A stretch of 64,000 bases of DNA from Elusimicrobiota bacterium (lineage in GTDB: Bacteria > Elusimicrobiota > Endomicrobiia > Endomicrobiales > JBDRNC01): contig JBDRNC010000004.1 of NCBI GenBank assembly GCA_043811535.1, forward strand, positions 64,001 through 128,000, in the 5' to 3' direction. Positions 37,738 to 47,604 of this stretch are shown here, piece by piece; position 1 is the first letter of the stretch, and each line of letters begins with the position of its first letter. The translations under genes and the position numbers were made by a program. Below the pieces are notes generated by a model, which saw nothing but the letters and a program-made list of their open reading frames with translations, searched no databases and was not told the DNA's origin.

Positions 37738-39321
37738 CTATTTACTCATATCCGCGACTATATTAAACACATCGTAATACAGGCTGTCCGCCCCCATCAA
37801 TTCCGCCGCCCTGTACCAGATAAACATCCCCTTGCCTCCCACGGGAGGAGAGGCCTTATGATGCACATACGCTATTCCGTCGCCGTACGAATTGTTATCA
37901 ATGTCATAAAGCGTGACTATGGGCATGTATGTGTCGGACTCCGACAATGCCGAGCCCGTGAAAGGCCTCCACCTGAGGTCTCCGATCCCGGGAAAAGATA
38001 TTTTTTCGCTGCAATTCGGTATTTTCTTCCTGTCAACGACAAAATTCAATATGAGCCCGTTCGGAGGCGTTTCAAAGCCCGAAAGCTTCGGGTCCTGGCT
38101 GAACGATCCGGCTTCATTCACCCCGCATAACGGGAAACCGAGCTTGCTTACCACATACGTCGGCCCGTTTTCTTCGTTCATATACAGCGGCCAGGGAAGA
38201 TTGGACGTCAGAATGAAGAATCCCCCGCCCTCCATATACTTTACGAGCGCATCATCCACATCGGCATAGACTTTTACCGTCTGCTTGTATTTTTCGCCTC
38301 CGGCATAAATCGCTACCGGATAATTCAATTTATTGAATTTCTTGTTGTCTACTACGTCGGTCCAGGAAAGCTTGTCGTAAGAAATCCCTGATTTTACAAG
38401 CCATGTCTCAATGGGCGTCGATTCCGTCGTGGGCAGGAACGCTATCTTAATGTTTTTAAACCTGCCCGCCAGCGCGCGCAGTTTCTCCATGGACGACGCC
38501 CCCTCGCTTCCCGCGCGCGTTGAATTAATCTTCGCGCCGAATACCATAAGAGATGAAATAATCTTGTCCCTGTTCGGATCGTCCTGGGTAAGTCTGTACC
38601 ACGCGTATATTATTCCGGAATTGTACGCGGCCGCGTCTCCCAGCCATGCGCCTTTATCGTCGGAAAGAGATATCAGCGATATATAGTTCTTGCTGCCGTT
38701 CCTGTTAACTACCGGCCTCCACCTGAGGTCTCCCGAAGCCGGGAACGTAAACGTCGCGGGGAGCGTGCCGGCAAACGGTTTCATCTCTTTAGAAAGCGAA
38801 AATGTCAGTCTCGCGCCCTCCGGCGGTTTTTCAAATCCGAAAGCCGTGCCGAATTTGTCGTCCGTGCCTTTGACTATCTGCATGCCTATCATACCGGCCG
38901 AATCGGTCGCCACGTCCTTTTCATTCAGGTAAAACGGGGTTGGGCCCTTGCCGAACAGGAACAATATGCCCCCGTTGTTCGCGAAACCCACAAGCGCCTG
39001 ATCGCCGTCGCCGGATGTCTTGACTGTCTGGATATATTTCTCTTCGTTCGCGTAGATCGCCATCTGATAGTTTTTAGGATTAAACACTTCCTGATTGACG
39101 TATTCCTGAGGCGTCAGGACCTTGGTCATCGGCTCCAGCCCCTCCCGTTTCAGGAAGGCCATAATATAGTTGCTTCCCTCGGCAGGAGGTATGACGGCTA
39201 TCTTTTTTATTCCTTTTGCCTCGAGCGCCTTTTTCAGGTCTCCCGGCGCGGCAATAAGCGCGCCCGGGACACTAAGGGCAAAGCAAAACAGCGCAACCAG
39301 GAATAATCTCAATCTTAACAC
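37738..39321 (-). CDS. Exported protein with an internally duplicated alpha/beta (GATase-like) domain
   Basis: Two copies of KIA..P...FN..NY..AIYA..EKY.QTVK...D.AL....GG...GFE.PP.G...FP..GDLRWRP. Confidence 0.75.
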   Translation of the reverse strand: MLRLRLFLVALFCFALSVPGALIAAPGDLKKALEAKGIKKIAVIPPAEGSNYIMAFLKREGLEPMTKVLTPQEYVNQEVFNPKNYQMAIYANEEKYIQTVKTSGDGDQALVGFANNGGILFLFGKGPTPFYLNEKDVATDSAGMIGMQIVKGTDDKFGTAFGFEKPPEGARLTFSLSKEMKPFAGTLPATFTFPASGDLRWRPVVNRNGSKNYISLISLSDDKGAWLGDAAAYNSGIIYAWYRLTQDDPNRDKIISSLMVFGAKINSTRAGSEGASSMEKLRALAGRFKNIKIAFLPTTESTPIETWLVKSGISYDKLSWTDVVDNKKFNKLNYPVAIYAGGEKYKQTVKVYADVDDALVKYMEGGGFFILTSNLPWPLYMNEENGPTYVVSKLGFPLCGVNEAGSFSQDPKLSGFETPPNGLILNFVVDRKKIPNCSEKISFPGIGDLRWRPFTGSALSESDTYMPIVTLYDIDNNSYGDGIAYVHHKASPPVGGKGMFIWYRAAELMGADSLYYDVFNIVADMSK

Positions 39322-39338
39322 TTTATTACCCTCATGAC

Positions 39339-40634
39339 CTATTTACCCGCATTCTGGCTTCTTTCCTTAAGCAGCTTGTTGACCCTTTCCGCTATCCTAT
39401 CGCATGTTTCGTCGGAAGATTGCAGGCCGATGTTCATCCTGTCAAGTTCTTCGTACCAGGCCCTGGAGACTTGCGTCGCGTCGCAATACATTGAAAACTC
39501 CGGCACGCGTGCGTAGGCCATTTCGTCAATATATACCTTGTTATTCTTTTCATTCGGATATTCGGGATCGTAGAGGAATTCCTTTGATTTCCCTATTGAT
39601 ATCCTCGCAGGGATGCCGTCTCCGCTGTTCGCTATGATAAGCTGATTATTCCTCGAAACCTGGTAAACCAGGAATTTAACCGCCTCCTCCACATGCAGGC
39701 AGTTCCTTGGAATCGCGTAGATATGCGAAGCGAGCATAGTAACCTTGTATTTGCCTTTAGGCACCGGGGCTATGTCCCAGTTAAGCCGTTTATCTTTGCG
39801 GAACACCATGCTCATCCACCTGCCCTGAATGAACATCGCAACTTTGCGCGCGGCGAAAAGGTTCAGCGTGCCGCCCCATCCGCCTGTCGCGGCCAGATTC
39901 TGCATCTCCTGGGGTTTCGGCATCACGTGATGCATAAACCTGAGATCGTAATAAAAACGCAGTCCTTCCTTTGCCTGTTTCGAATTAATCACGCATTTTG
40001 TGCCGTCTTCGGAAAAAAGCCTCCCGCCGTTTTGCCATATAAACAGCATTGGATCGTCTGTCAGAATGCCGAACTGCCTGTATTCCTTCTTTGATTCTTC
40101 TATGTCCGTCAGTTTTTGCGCGGCTTCCAGCAGTTCCTTCCACGTCCAACTCGCATCAGGATATTTCAGCCCTTTTGCGTCAAACATGTCTTTATTGTAG
40201 AAAACCACGAAAGGGCCGCAATTCGCCGCGACGCCGTACATTTTGCCTTCGGAATACATGTATGTCCTGAGCGGGGGCCAAAAATCCTTGACGTCCACGT
40301 CATATTTTTTCATGTAAGGGCCGATGTCCAGAAGAGCGCCCTTTTCCATGAATATCCTTAAAGTCGCCGGGTCATATATGGTAAATATGTCCGGAGGCAG
40401 ATTGCCGGCTATCTGCACCATGATCGTATTGGAACCGGTACCGCTCGCCAATTCCACTTTAATACCTGGATTCTCTTTTTCAAAACCGGCTATTTCCGTC
40501 GGCCTGCTCGGCGACGGATCCACGGCCCACCGGATCACTATTTTATCTCCGAAATCCTTCTTTCCAAAAAATATCACGAAGATAAACGCACCGGCTACTG
40601 CGGCTACAGCCACTATCTTTAATAGATTTTTCAT
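39339..40634 (-). CDS. Sugar ABC transporter substrate-binding protein
   Basis: FEKENPGIKVE, PPDIF, FYNKDMFD, WTWKEL, VAMFIQGRW, WDIAPVP. Confidence 0.92.
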   Translation of the reverse strand: MKNLLKIVAVAAVAGAFIFVIFFGKKDFGDKIVIRWAVDPSPSRPTEIAGFEKENPGIKVELASGTGSNTIMVQIAGNLPPDIFTIYDPATLRIFMEKGALLDIGPYMKKYDVDVKDFWPPLRTYMYSEGKMYGVAANCGPFVVFYNKDMFDAKGLKYPDASWTWKELLEAAQKLTDIEESKKEYRQFGILTDDPMLFIWQNGGRLFSEDGTKCVINSKQAKEGLRFYYDLRFMHHVMPKPQEMQNLAATGGWGGTLNLFAARKVAMFIQGRWMSMVFRKDKRLNWDIAPVPKGKYKVTMLASHIYAIPRNCLHVEEAVKFLVYQVSRNNQLIIANSGDGIPARISIGKSKEFLYDPEYPNEKNNKVYIDEMAYARVPEFSMYCDATQVSRAWYEELDRMNIGLQSSDETCDRIAERVNKLLKERSQNAGK

Positions 40635-40655
40635 AATTTCCTCTGCTTCATGCCG

Positions 40656-41951
40656 TCACTTGCCGCCCTTGCCCCTTTCTTTGATGAGCGCATTAACCCT
40701 GTCGGCTATCTTGTCGAGCGTCTGATCCGAATCCTGCAGCCCCGCATACATCCTGTCAAGTTCTTCGTACCACGAGCGGAACACTTGCGTCGCGTCCGCG
40801 TACGGCGTGTTCTCGGGCATGCGGGCGTATTTCATCTCGTCAACATATACCTGGTTGTTCTTTTCGTCAGGGAATTCCGGGTCAAACAGAAATTCTTTGG
40901 ATTTTCCTATGGATATCCTCGACGGAATCCCGTCGCCGACTTTTGAGATTATCAGCTGGTTTTTCTTTGAGACCTGGTATATGAGGTACTTGGCGGCTTC
41001 TTCTATTTTTTTGGAGTTCTTAGGTATGACATAGACCTTTGACGCCAGCATCGTGACTTTTACTTTGCCTTTGGGAACCGGGGCCACGTCCCAGTTAAGC
41101 CTTTTATCTTTACGGAACACCATGCTCATCCACCTGCCCTGAATGAACATCGCTACCTTGCGCGCGGCAAAGAGGTTCAGCGTGCCGCCCCATCCGCCCG
41201 TCGCGGCCAGATTCTGCATCTCGGTCGGTTTAGGCATTATGTGTTCCTTATATCTCAGGTTATAATACCAGCGCAGTGCGTCTTTGGCTTCTTTTGAATT
41301 GATTATGCATTTTTTCCCGTCAGGGGAGAACATCTGTCCGCCGTTCTGCCAGATAAAAAGCATGGGGTCTTCGCTGAGTAGCCCGAACTGCCTGTATTCC
41401 TTCTTTTCTTCGTCTATATCGGTCAGTTTCCTGCCGGCATCAACAAGGTCTTTCCACGTCCATGAGGCGTCCGGGTATTTCACGCCTTTCGCGTCAAACA
41501 TGTCTTTATTGTAAAAAAGCACGAAAGGACCGCAGTTAGGCGGCAGGCCGTAAAGCTTATTCTCAAAATACATGTACGGCCTGAGAGCCGGCCAGAAATC
41601 CTTTACGTCTACGTTGTATTTATCCATGTAAGGCTCAAGGTCCAGAAGCGCGTTCTTTTCCATGAATATCCGAAGCACCGCCGGGTCATATACCGCGAAA
41701 ATATCGGGTGGATCATTGCCGGCTATCTGTGTGAGGACCGTGTTGGAGCCCGAAAGGCTGCCCATCAACTCAACTCTTATGCCGGGATTCTCTTCCTCAA
41801 ATCCCGCGATCTCCATCTGGCGGCTCGGAGAGTTGTCAACAACCCACCTTAGCCTTACTTTCCCCCCGTCGCTTTTTTTCCCCCAGAATGTCGCGAATAC
41901 AATTCCACCGAGAATCAGCACGGCAACTAAAATCTTTACTCCGATTTTCAT
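40656..41951 (-). CDS. Sugar ABC transporter substrate-binding protein (tandem paralog)
   Basis: Same motifs; close paralog of 39339. Confidence 0.92.
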   Translation of the reverse strand: MKIGVKILVAVLILGGIVFATFWGKKSDGGKVRLRWVVDNSPSRQMEIAGFEEENPGIRVELMGSLSGSNTVLTQIAGNDPPDIFAVYDPAVLRIFMEKNALLDLEPYMDKYNVDVKDFWPALRPYMYFENKLYGLPPNCGPFVLFYNKDMFDAKGVKYPDASWTWKDLVDAGRKLTDIDEEKKEYRQFGLLSEDPMLFIWQNGGQMFSPDGKKCIINSKEAKDALRWYYNLRYKEHIMPKPTEMQNLAATGGWGGTLNLFAARKVAMFIQGRWMSMVFRKDKRLNWDVAPVPKGKVKVTMLASKVYVIPKNSKKIEEAAKYLIYQVSKKNQLIISKVGDGIPSRISIGKSKEFLFDPEFPDEKNNQVYVDEMKYARMPENTPYADATQVFRSWYEELDRMYAGLQDSDQTLDKIADRVNALIKERGKGGK

Positions 41952-41958
41952 ATTGACC

Positions 41959-42954
41959 TCACTTTTTGTATTTCATTATATGATCTACAAATTCATTCAA
42001 GTTAGCCGTGGCAACGCAGCACACCGTATCCGCGCCTCCGTAATACACAAACAGGGTGCCGTCTATGACGACGTTACCCGTCGGGAATACCACGTTCTTC
42101 ATGACGCCCTTCGTTTCGAAATCAGCTTCTGGCTCAAGAATAAAGTCCGGGCAGCGGGCGATTATCCTTTTCGGATCATTGATATCAAGCATCATTGCTC
42201 CTGAACGGTAGATATGATCCGCATCCACCCCGTGATATATCACAAGCCATCCCTTTTCGGTCTTTATCGGAGGCGTGCCGCCCCCTATTTTCTTAAATTC
42301 CCACTCGAACTTCGGGACAGCCAGAAGATAATCGTCTTTCCAGTGGAGCATGTCATCCGACCATGCAAGCCACATTCCCGGTTTTTCCGTGCCGTATTTT
42401 GCCCCAACCCATTCGGCCGGCCTGTGGAACATTACATATTTGCCGTTCACTTTTTCCGGGAATATAATCGCGTCCCTGTCGTCGACGTCATCGTTCGTTA
42501 TCGCCCCGAGGCGTTCATAATTCCTGAAATCCTTCGTCCTTGCCAGCGCCGTCCTGGTCAGATTTTCCCTGAGAACCCTTGGCGCCGAATCGGGATATTT
42601 GGGCGCGCGCCCCTTCCAGAACATCTCGGGAGGCAGCGCTCTGCAGGCATAAGTAACATAATAATATTCGCCGTACTTGACTATTCTCGCGTCTTCCACA
42701 CAACCCGCGTCAAGATCCTTGACTTCCGGAGAAAATACAGGCTGGCCGGATTCGCGTTTGAAATGGAATCCGTCGACGCTCGTCGCAAGGCCGAAATATA
42801 TTCTGTAATCCTCAATTTCACCCGAAGCGCGGTACAGCATATATACTTTTCCGTTATCGTAATAGGCTCCCGGATTAAGGACTGCCATTTTTTCCCAGTA
42901 TCCCTTGCCCGTTGGCTTCAATACCGGATTTCCTTCCCATTTTTTCAGTTTCAT
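41959..42954 (-). CDS. Second GH130 beta-mannoside phosphorylase/glycosidase
   Basis: AVLNPGA, GCVEDARI, DRDAIIFPEK, FHRP, KIGGGTPP, NVVFP, YYGGAD. Confidence 0.9.
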   Translation of the reverse strand: MKLKKWEGNPVLKPTGKGYWEKMAVLNPGAYYDNGKVYMLYRASGEIEDYRIYFGLATSVDGFHFKRESGQPVFSPEVKDLDAGCVEDARIVKYGEYYYVTYACRALPPEMFWKGRAPKYPDSAPRVLRENLTRTALARTKDFRNYERLGAITNDDVDDRDAIIFPEKVNGKYVMFHRPAEWVGAKYGTEKPGMWLAWSDDMLHWKDDYLLAVPKFEWEFKKIGGGTPPIKTEKGWLVIYHGVDADHIYRSGAMMLDINDPKRIIARCPDFILEPEADFETKGVMKNVVFPTGNVVIDGTLFVYYGGADTVCCVATANLNEFVDHIMKYKK

Positions 42955-43014
42955 TGTTTTCCCTTATTATTTTTTTCCGTCACCAGTACTATAGTATAAT
43001 TCCATTCAAAAAGC

Positions 43015-43042
43015 TGCGAAACAATTGCGAATATCTTGCGAA
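43015..43042 (-). promoter_or_regulatory. Triple direct-repeat operator (perfect copy)
   Basis: TGCGAA-N5-TGCGAA-N5-TGCGAA; TATAGT at 42988-42993. Confidence 0.88.
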
Positions 43043-43189
43043 TTTGAGATTGTTAAAAATACCAACAATCTCTGATTACACTGATTCTTAAATGATTATG
43101 CAGATTAAGTCTCGTCGGTATTTTCGTATAATCTCTTTTAATCCATTCAATAATGAGGGCCCTGTGCGCTGCACGGCCGAAAATCATGC

Positions 43190-43630
43190 CTAAAGGGCCT
43201 TCTTCTGGGCTTCAAGCAGGATTTTAATCTTCCTTTTCAGCTTTTCCAGCACTACGGGCTTAATCATGTATTCTGTTTTTTCCGAAAGCACGTTCTCAAA
43301 ACCGTTCTTTTCGGGATCGTAAGCGGAACATATTATCACGGGAACGGCAGGAAGCTTTTTTTTCAAGGCGTTGAACACCTCTGCTCCGCTCATGTCGGGC
43401 AGTTTCATATCCAGCACAACTAGGTCTATCCTATTATTTTCCAGGTGTCCGAGTGCGGTTTGGCCGTCAAGCGCGGGAATTACGGTATAGCCGTCCTCGC
43501 GCAATTCTGAAACGTATATGCTGTTAAGAACCCCTTCATCTTCGACAACCAGTATCCTTTTCATGCCGGCGTTCATTGCGGAAGACGGCTTCTCTTCGCC
43601 TGTTACGCAAGCTTCCGAATATTCTTCCAT
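43190..43630 (-). CDS. Single-domain response regulator (CheY-like)
   Basis: ILVVEDE, DLVVLDMKLPDMSG, VIICSAY, KP. Confidence 0.9.
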   Translation of the reverse strand: MEEYSEACVTGEEKPSSAMNAGMKRILVVEDEGVLNSIYVSELREDGYTVIPALDGQTALGHLENNRIDLVVLDMKLPDMSGAEVFNALKKKLPAVPVIICSAYDPEKNGFENVLSEKTEYMIKPVVLEKLKRKIKILLEAQKKAL

Positions 43631-43631
43631 T

Positions 43632-45191
43632 TTAACCTTCTTTCCTTAGAATCGGCAGGACTACCGTGAAAACCGCTGCTTCGTTAATCCTGGTTTCTAC
43701 GTCAACCCTGCCCATATGGCTCTCAATTATATTCTTGCAGATGCTGAGCCCAAGCCCCGTTCCCCTGGCCTTTGTGGTGAAGAAAGGTTCAAATATCTTT
43801 TCAAGGTTTTCCTGCGGAATGCCCGGGCCGGTGTCCGTTATACCGATGTATATCTGCGAGTTTGAAACCCTTGTGTTGACCGACAGGTTCCTGACGGGAC
43901 TTTTTTCCATGAAGTGGCAGGCGTTCAATAATATATTCAGAAGCACCTGCTTTATTTGGTCGCTGTCAAGGAACGTGTCCGGAACATTAGAGGCCAGATT
44001 CCTGGTGCAGCTGACTTTATACTTCAGAAAATCGCTTGTTTCCAGAAAATCAAGCGTTTGTTCAATGAGCGTGTTGATATTCGCCTTTGAAAGAGTGAGT
44101 TGCGGTTTCCTGCTGAACGCGAGTATCTCGTTTACGACAAGGTCGAGTCTTTCTACTTCCTGTATTATGTATTCGGTGAATTTTCTTAGCGGGCTGTCGG
44201 AGCCCGCTTTCCGGGAGATGATCTCTGCCGAGCCGCGTATCGTTGACAGAGGATTCCTGACTTCGTGCGTTACCACCGCCGCCATCTGTCCCAGTGCCGC
44301 CAGTTTTTCACTTTGTATCAGCTGGTCCTGGGCCTGCTTGAGCTTCTCCACCGCTATATCAACCTGCTTCTGAAGCTCTTCCTTAAAATTTTTCTCGGTC
44401 TGATAAAGCCGCGCATTCTCCAGCGCCACGGCGGCCTGGCTCGTGAATGTCTGTAGAGCCCTCAGGTCTTTTTCCTCAAGTTTCCTTTTATGCACAACGT
44501 TGTCAACGATAAGGACGCCGATAATTCTGTCTTTTGCTTCCAGCGGCATAACGGCGAGTATATTTTCTTCGCCGCCTCCGTACTTGAAAACCTCCAACGA
44601 ATCCGGCACTTTGTCTATTATTGAGGGCAGCCCGTTCAGCAATGCCTTTACGGCAAAATTCTCCTTGTCATCCAGCGAAAATCTTATCCCTCTAAGAAGC
44701 GTCCCGTCGATACCTATGGCGTGCCTTGCTTCCAGTATTATCCTGCTTTCGTCTGCCAGGCATAATATAGCTCTGTCATACGAGAGGTACTTGCAGATAT
44801 TTTCCAGAATTATGTTAAGTATCTTATCCAGGTCCATCGTCTGGCTCATCGACCTAATGGTCCGGTGGAGCGTGGATAGTTCTTCCGCCTTTCTGGTGAG
44901 CGCCTCTACTTTATTGACGAGCTCGTTCTTTGATTTCAACAGGAACTTCTTTTCCTCTGCGGAATCCTCGGTATTCCTTTCAAAGAGCATAATGCGGTCC
45001 GTTATCAGCTTGAATAGCGCGATGACCGCGGACAGCGCTACCAAAATAAGCAAAAGATTCACCAGCAGAGCACTGAACCAGGGATGCAGAAACTCAAGTC
45101 CTATTTTCGCATTCCTGCATAAAATTATGAAAATAACGGTGAGTATAAGGAAAACTACCTTGAGCCTGCGCACGTACTCAAGGACATTCAA
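43632..45191 (-). CDS. Membrane GAF-domain histidine kinase (NtrB/AtoS-like)
   Basis: 2 TM helices; GAF; THEVRNPL; NILLNA; DTGPGI; FEPFFTTK; GTGLGL. Confidence 0.92.
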   Translation of the reverse strand: MNVLEYVRRLKVVFLILTVIFIILCRNAKIGLEFLHPWFSALLVNLLLILVALSAVIALFKLITDRIMLFERNTEDSAEEKKFLLKSKNELVNKVEALTRKAEELSTLHRTIRSMSQTMDLDKILNIILENICKYLSYDRAILCLADESRIILEARHAIGIDGTLLRGIRFSLDDKENFAVKALLNGLPSIIDKVPDSLEVFKYGGGEENILAVMPLEAKDRIIGVLIVDNVVHKRKLEEKDLRALQTFTSQAAVALENARLYQTEKNFKEELQKQVDIAVEKLKQAQDQLIQSEKLAALGQMAAVVTHEVRNPLSTIRGSAEIISRKAGSDSPLRKFTEYIIQEVERLDLVVNEILAFSRKPQLTLSKANINTLIEQTLDFLETSDFLKYKVSCTRNLASNVPDTFLDSDQIKQVLLNILLNACHFMEKSPVRNLSVNTRVSNSQIYIGITDTGPGIPQENLEKIFEPFFTTKARGTGLGLSICKNIIESHMGRVDVETRINEAAVFTVVLPILRKEG

Positions 45192-45210
45192 TGTTTACTC
45201 CCCTAGAGTT

Positions 45211-45581
45211 TGTCATCCCCGAATGTCTCTATCGGGGATCTATGTCTATGTTAATTCGTTATAAAGGTCACGCCAACCAGGATTATTCTTTACTATAAGG
45301 TCCAATTTCCACTGCCTGTTCCACTTTTTGATTCTCTTTTCTCTTAGTATTGCGCTTTCAATGTTTCCTGTGATTTCATAATAAACTAGTTTATGAATCT
45401 TATACTTTTCGGTGAAACCTTTTACAATATCTGATTTATTTTCATATATGCGCTTAATCAGATTATTTGATACACCAATGTACAAAGCTCCATTCCTTTG
45501 ACTGGCGAGTATATAGATATAGTACTGTCTACTCATTTCTCCCCCAATTTAGATTCCCGATAACGATCCTCGGGAATGACA
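45211..45581. mobile_element. GIY-YIG cassette bounded by 31-bp inverted REP-like palindromes
   Basis: TGTCATCCCCGA-N9-TCGGGGATCT (45211-45241) and AGATTCCCGA-N9-TCGGGAATGACA (45551-45581); interior is AT-rich. Confidence 0.7.
45246..45536 (-). CDS. Stand-alone GIY-YIG nuclease-family protein
   Basis: YYIYILAS..NG.LYIGV..NL..R; LVYYE; AI.REK.IKKW.R.WK..LI...NP.W.DL. Confidence 0.9.
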   Translation of the reverse strand: MSRQYYIYILASQRNGALYIGVSNNLIKRIYENKSDIVKGFTEKYKIHKLVYYEITGNIESAILREKRIKKWNRQWKLDLIVKNNPGWRDLYNELT

Positions 45582-45582
45582 G

Positions 45583-46689
45583 TCACTTGCCGGTTAATGC
45601 TTGCTGAGTTTCTTTGTCAAAGATGTGGGCCTTTTCCATGTTCATGATCACGTCTATATCCTGATGCATCTGCGCCTGATTATGCACGTCAACTCTCATC
45701 GTAAAATACATTTTTCCTGCGGAAAGCGAAATGAGTTTTTCGCTGCCAAGCACTTCCACAAGGTCCACAGTGGCATTGACTACGTTTTCAGCCGTCCCTA
45801 TTTTGGAATAGAGTTTATCGTGTATGTTTTCGGGCCTTATTCCGAATATCACCTGTTTCCCCATGTACGGCTCAAGTATACCGGAGTGCGCCGCGGAAGC
45901 CTTCAACTCAAATTTGCCTTCGTCAAGCCAAATCGAGCCGTTCTTGCGCCCCACCTTCATCTCCATGAAATTCATCGGAGGCGAACCTATGAAACCAGCC
46001 ACAAATTTATTCACAGGATATTCATATATATCCATCGGGTCGCCCACCTGCTGTATGACGGCGTCTTTCATGACCACAATCTTGCTCCCGAGAGTCATCG
46101 CTTCAACCTGGTCGTGTGTCACATAGATTATGGTCGCCTCAAGCCGCCTGTGAAGTTTTTTCAGTTCCGCGCGCATCTGAACGCGCAGTTTCGCGTCAAG
46201 GTTTGAAAGCGGTTCATCAAACAGGAATACCTTGGGCATGCGGCATATCGCCCTGCCGACCGCCACTCTCTGCTTCTGCCCTCCGGAAAGCTCCAAAGGC
46301 AGTCTGCCCAATAGTTGTTCAATACTGAGGACCCTCGCGGCTTCCTGTATCCTCTTGTTTATTTCGTCTTCGGAATATTTTCTTACCCTCAGGCCGGCGG
46401 CCATGTTCTCATATACCGTAAAATGCGGATAGAGCGCGTAGTTCTGGAATACCATGGCGATATCCCTGTCTTTCGGGTGTATGTCGTTTATTACAGTATC
46501 ATCAAGGATTATTTCCCCGTCGGTAATTTCTTCCAGGCCGGCTATCATACGCAGAATCGTGGTCTTGCCGCACCCGGAAGGGCCGACAAGCACGCAGAAC
46601 TCCTTGTCCCTGACCTCAAGACTGACGTCCTTAACCACGGCATGCTCGCCGTAGTGCTTATAGATATTCTTCAATATGACTTTAGACAT
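45583..46689 (-). CDS. Carbohydrate ABC transporter ATPase (MalK/UgpC family)
   Basis: GPSGCGKTT, VFQNYALYPH, LSGGQKQR, DEPLSNLDAKLR, FIGSPPMN. Confidence 0.95.
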   Translation of the reverse strand: MSKVILKNIYKHYGEHAVVKDVSLEVRDKEFCVLVGPSGCGKTTILRMIAGLEEITDGEIILDDTVINDIHPKDRDIAMVFQNYALYPHFTVYENMAAGLRVRKYSEDEINKRIQEAARVLSIEQLLGRLPLELSGGQKQRVAVGRAICRMPKVFLFDEPLSNLDAKLRVQMRAELKKLHRRLEATIIYVTHDQVEAMTLGSKIVVMKDAVIQQVGDPMDIYEYPVNKFVAGFIGSPPMNFMEMKVGRKNGSIWLDEGKFELKASAAHSGILEPYMGKQVIFGIRPENIHDKLYSKIGTAENVVNATVDLVEVLGSEKLISLSAGKMYFTMRVDVHNQAQMHQDIDVIMNMEKAHIFDKETQQALTGK

Positions 46690-46736
46690 GATTTTCCCCT
46701 CGTTTTACTATGAACTACGAACTCCTGACTGCTTCA

Positions 46737-47600
46737 TTATCCTTTCAATCCTGTCATCACTATTCCTTTTGTTATGAACTTCTGATTGAATATGTAGACG
46801 AACAGCACCGGCAGCAGGACCATTGTTGACGCGGCCATAAGCAGGTTCCAGTCTGTCATGTACTGCCCCTGGAAAGTGACCAAACCAAGCGGCAAAGTCC
46901 GCATCTCCACTGAACTGGTTATTACGAGCGGCCACATGAATTCGTTCCAGTTCCCCAGGAAAACGAACGTGGACAGCGTCGCAAGCGCCGGTTTCGAAAG
47001 CGGCATGATTATCTTGTAGTATATCTGCCACCGGCTGAAACCGTCCATAACTGCGGCTTCCTCCAATTCTTTCGGGATGGTCAGGAAGAACTGTCTCAGC
47101 ATGAAAGTCCCGTACGCGGTAAACATCGTGGGTATGATTAGCGCCTTAAAAGTATCTATCCAGCCTATGTATTTGAGCAGTATGAAAACCGGTATCATCG
47201 TTACCTGGCCAGGTATCATCATCGTCGCGAGATAACACAGAAAAATCTTATCCCTGCCCGGGAATTCCACTCTCGCGAAAGCGTACGCCGCGAGCGATGA
47301 AGTGAATACCTGCCCGAATGTCACGCATACCGCCACAAAAATACTGTTGAAGAAGAATCTGCCGAACGGCGCGGCGTTCCATGCCTTGATGTAGTTCACG
47401 AATTCAACCGGCTTAGGTATCCATTCCGGCGGGTAAGTAAAAACGGAGCTCGAATCCTTTAGGGAAGTTGACAGCATCCATAAGAACGGGGCAATCATAA
47501 AAACGCCTACAGCCGCCAAAAGCAGATACCACCCGCTTTCTTTAAGCAGTTCCCTGAAATTTTCATTTAAGGTTTTTTTCTTAATAACAAGTGCGCTCAT
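46737..47600 (-). CDS. Carbohydrate ABC permease (MalG-like)
   Basis: PFLWML.TSLK, LRQFF.TIP.ELEEAA.MDG, WNEFMWP. Confidence 0.93.
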   Translation of the reverse strand: MSALVIKKKTLNENFRELLKESGWYLLLAAVGVFMIAPFLWMLSTSLKDSSSVFTYPPEWIPKPVEFVNYIKAWNAAPFGRFFFNSIFVAVCVTFGQVFTSSLAAYAFARVEFPGRDKIFLCYLATMMIPGQVTMIPVFILLKYIGWIDTFKALIIPTMFTAYGTFMLRQFFLTIPKELEEAAVMDGFSRWQIYYKIIMPLSKPALATLSTFVFLGNWNEFMWPLVITSSVEMRTLPLGLVTFQGQYMTDWNLLMAASTMVLLPVLFVYIFNQKFITKGIVMTGLKG

Positions 47601-47604
47601 ATTC

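Noticed and set aside
43190..45191. GAF kinase as the proven partner of the OmpR regulator
   Set aside because: It is NtrB-like and coupled to its own CheY-like gene; pairing cannot be established from sequence
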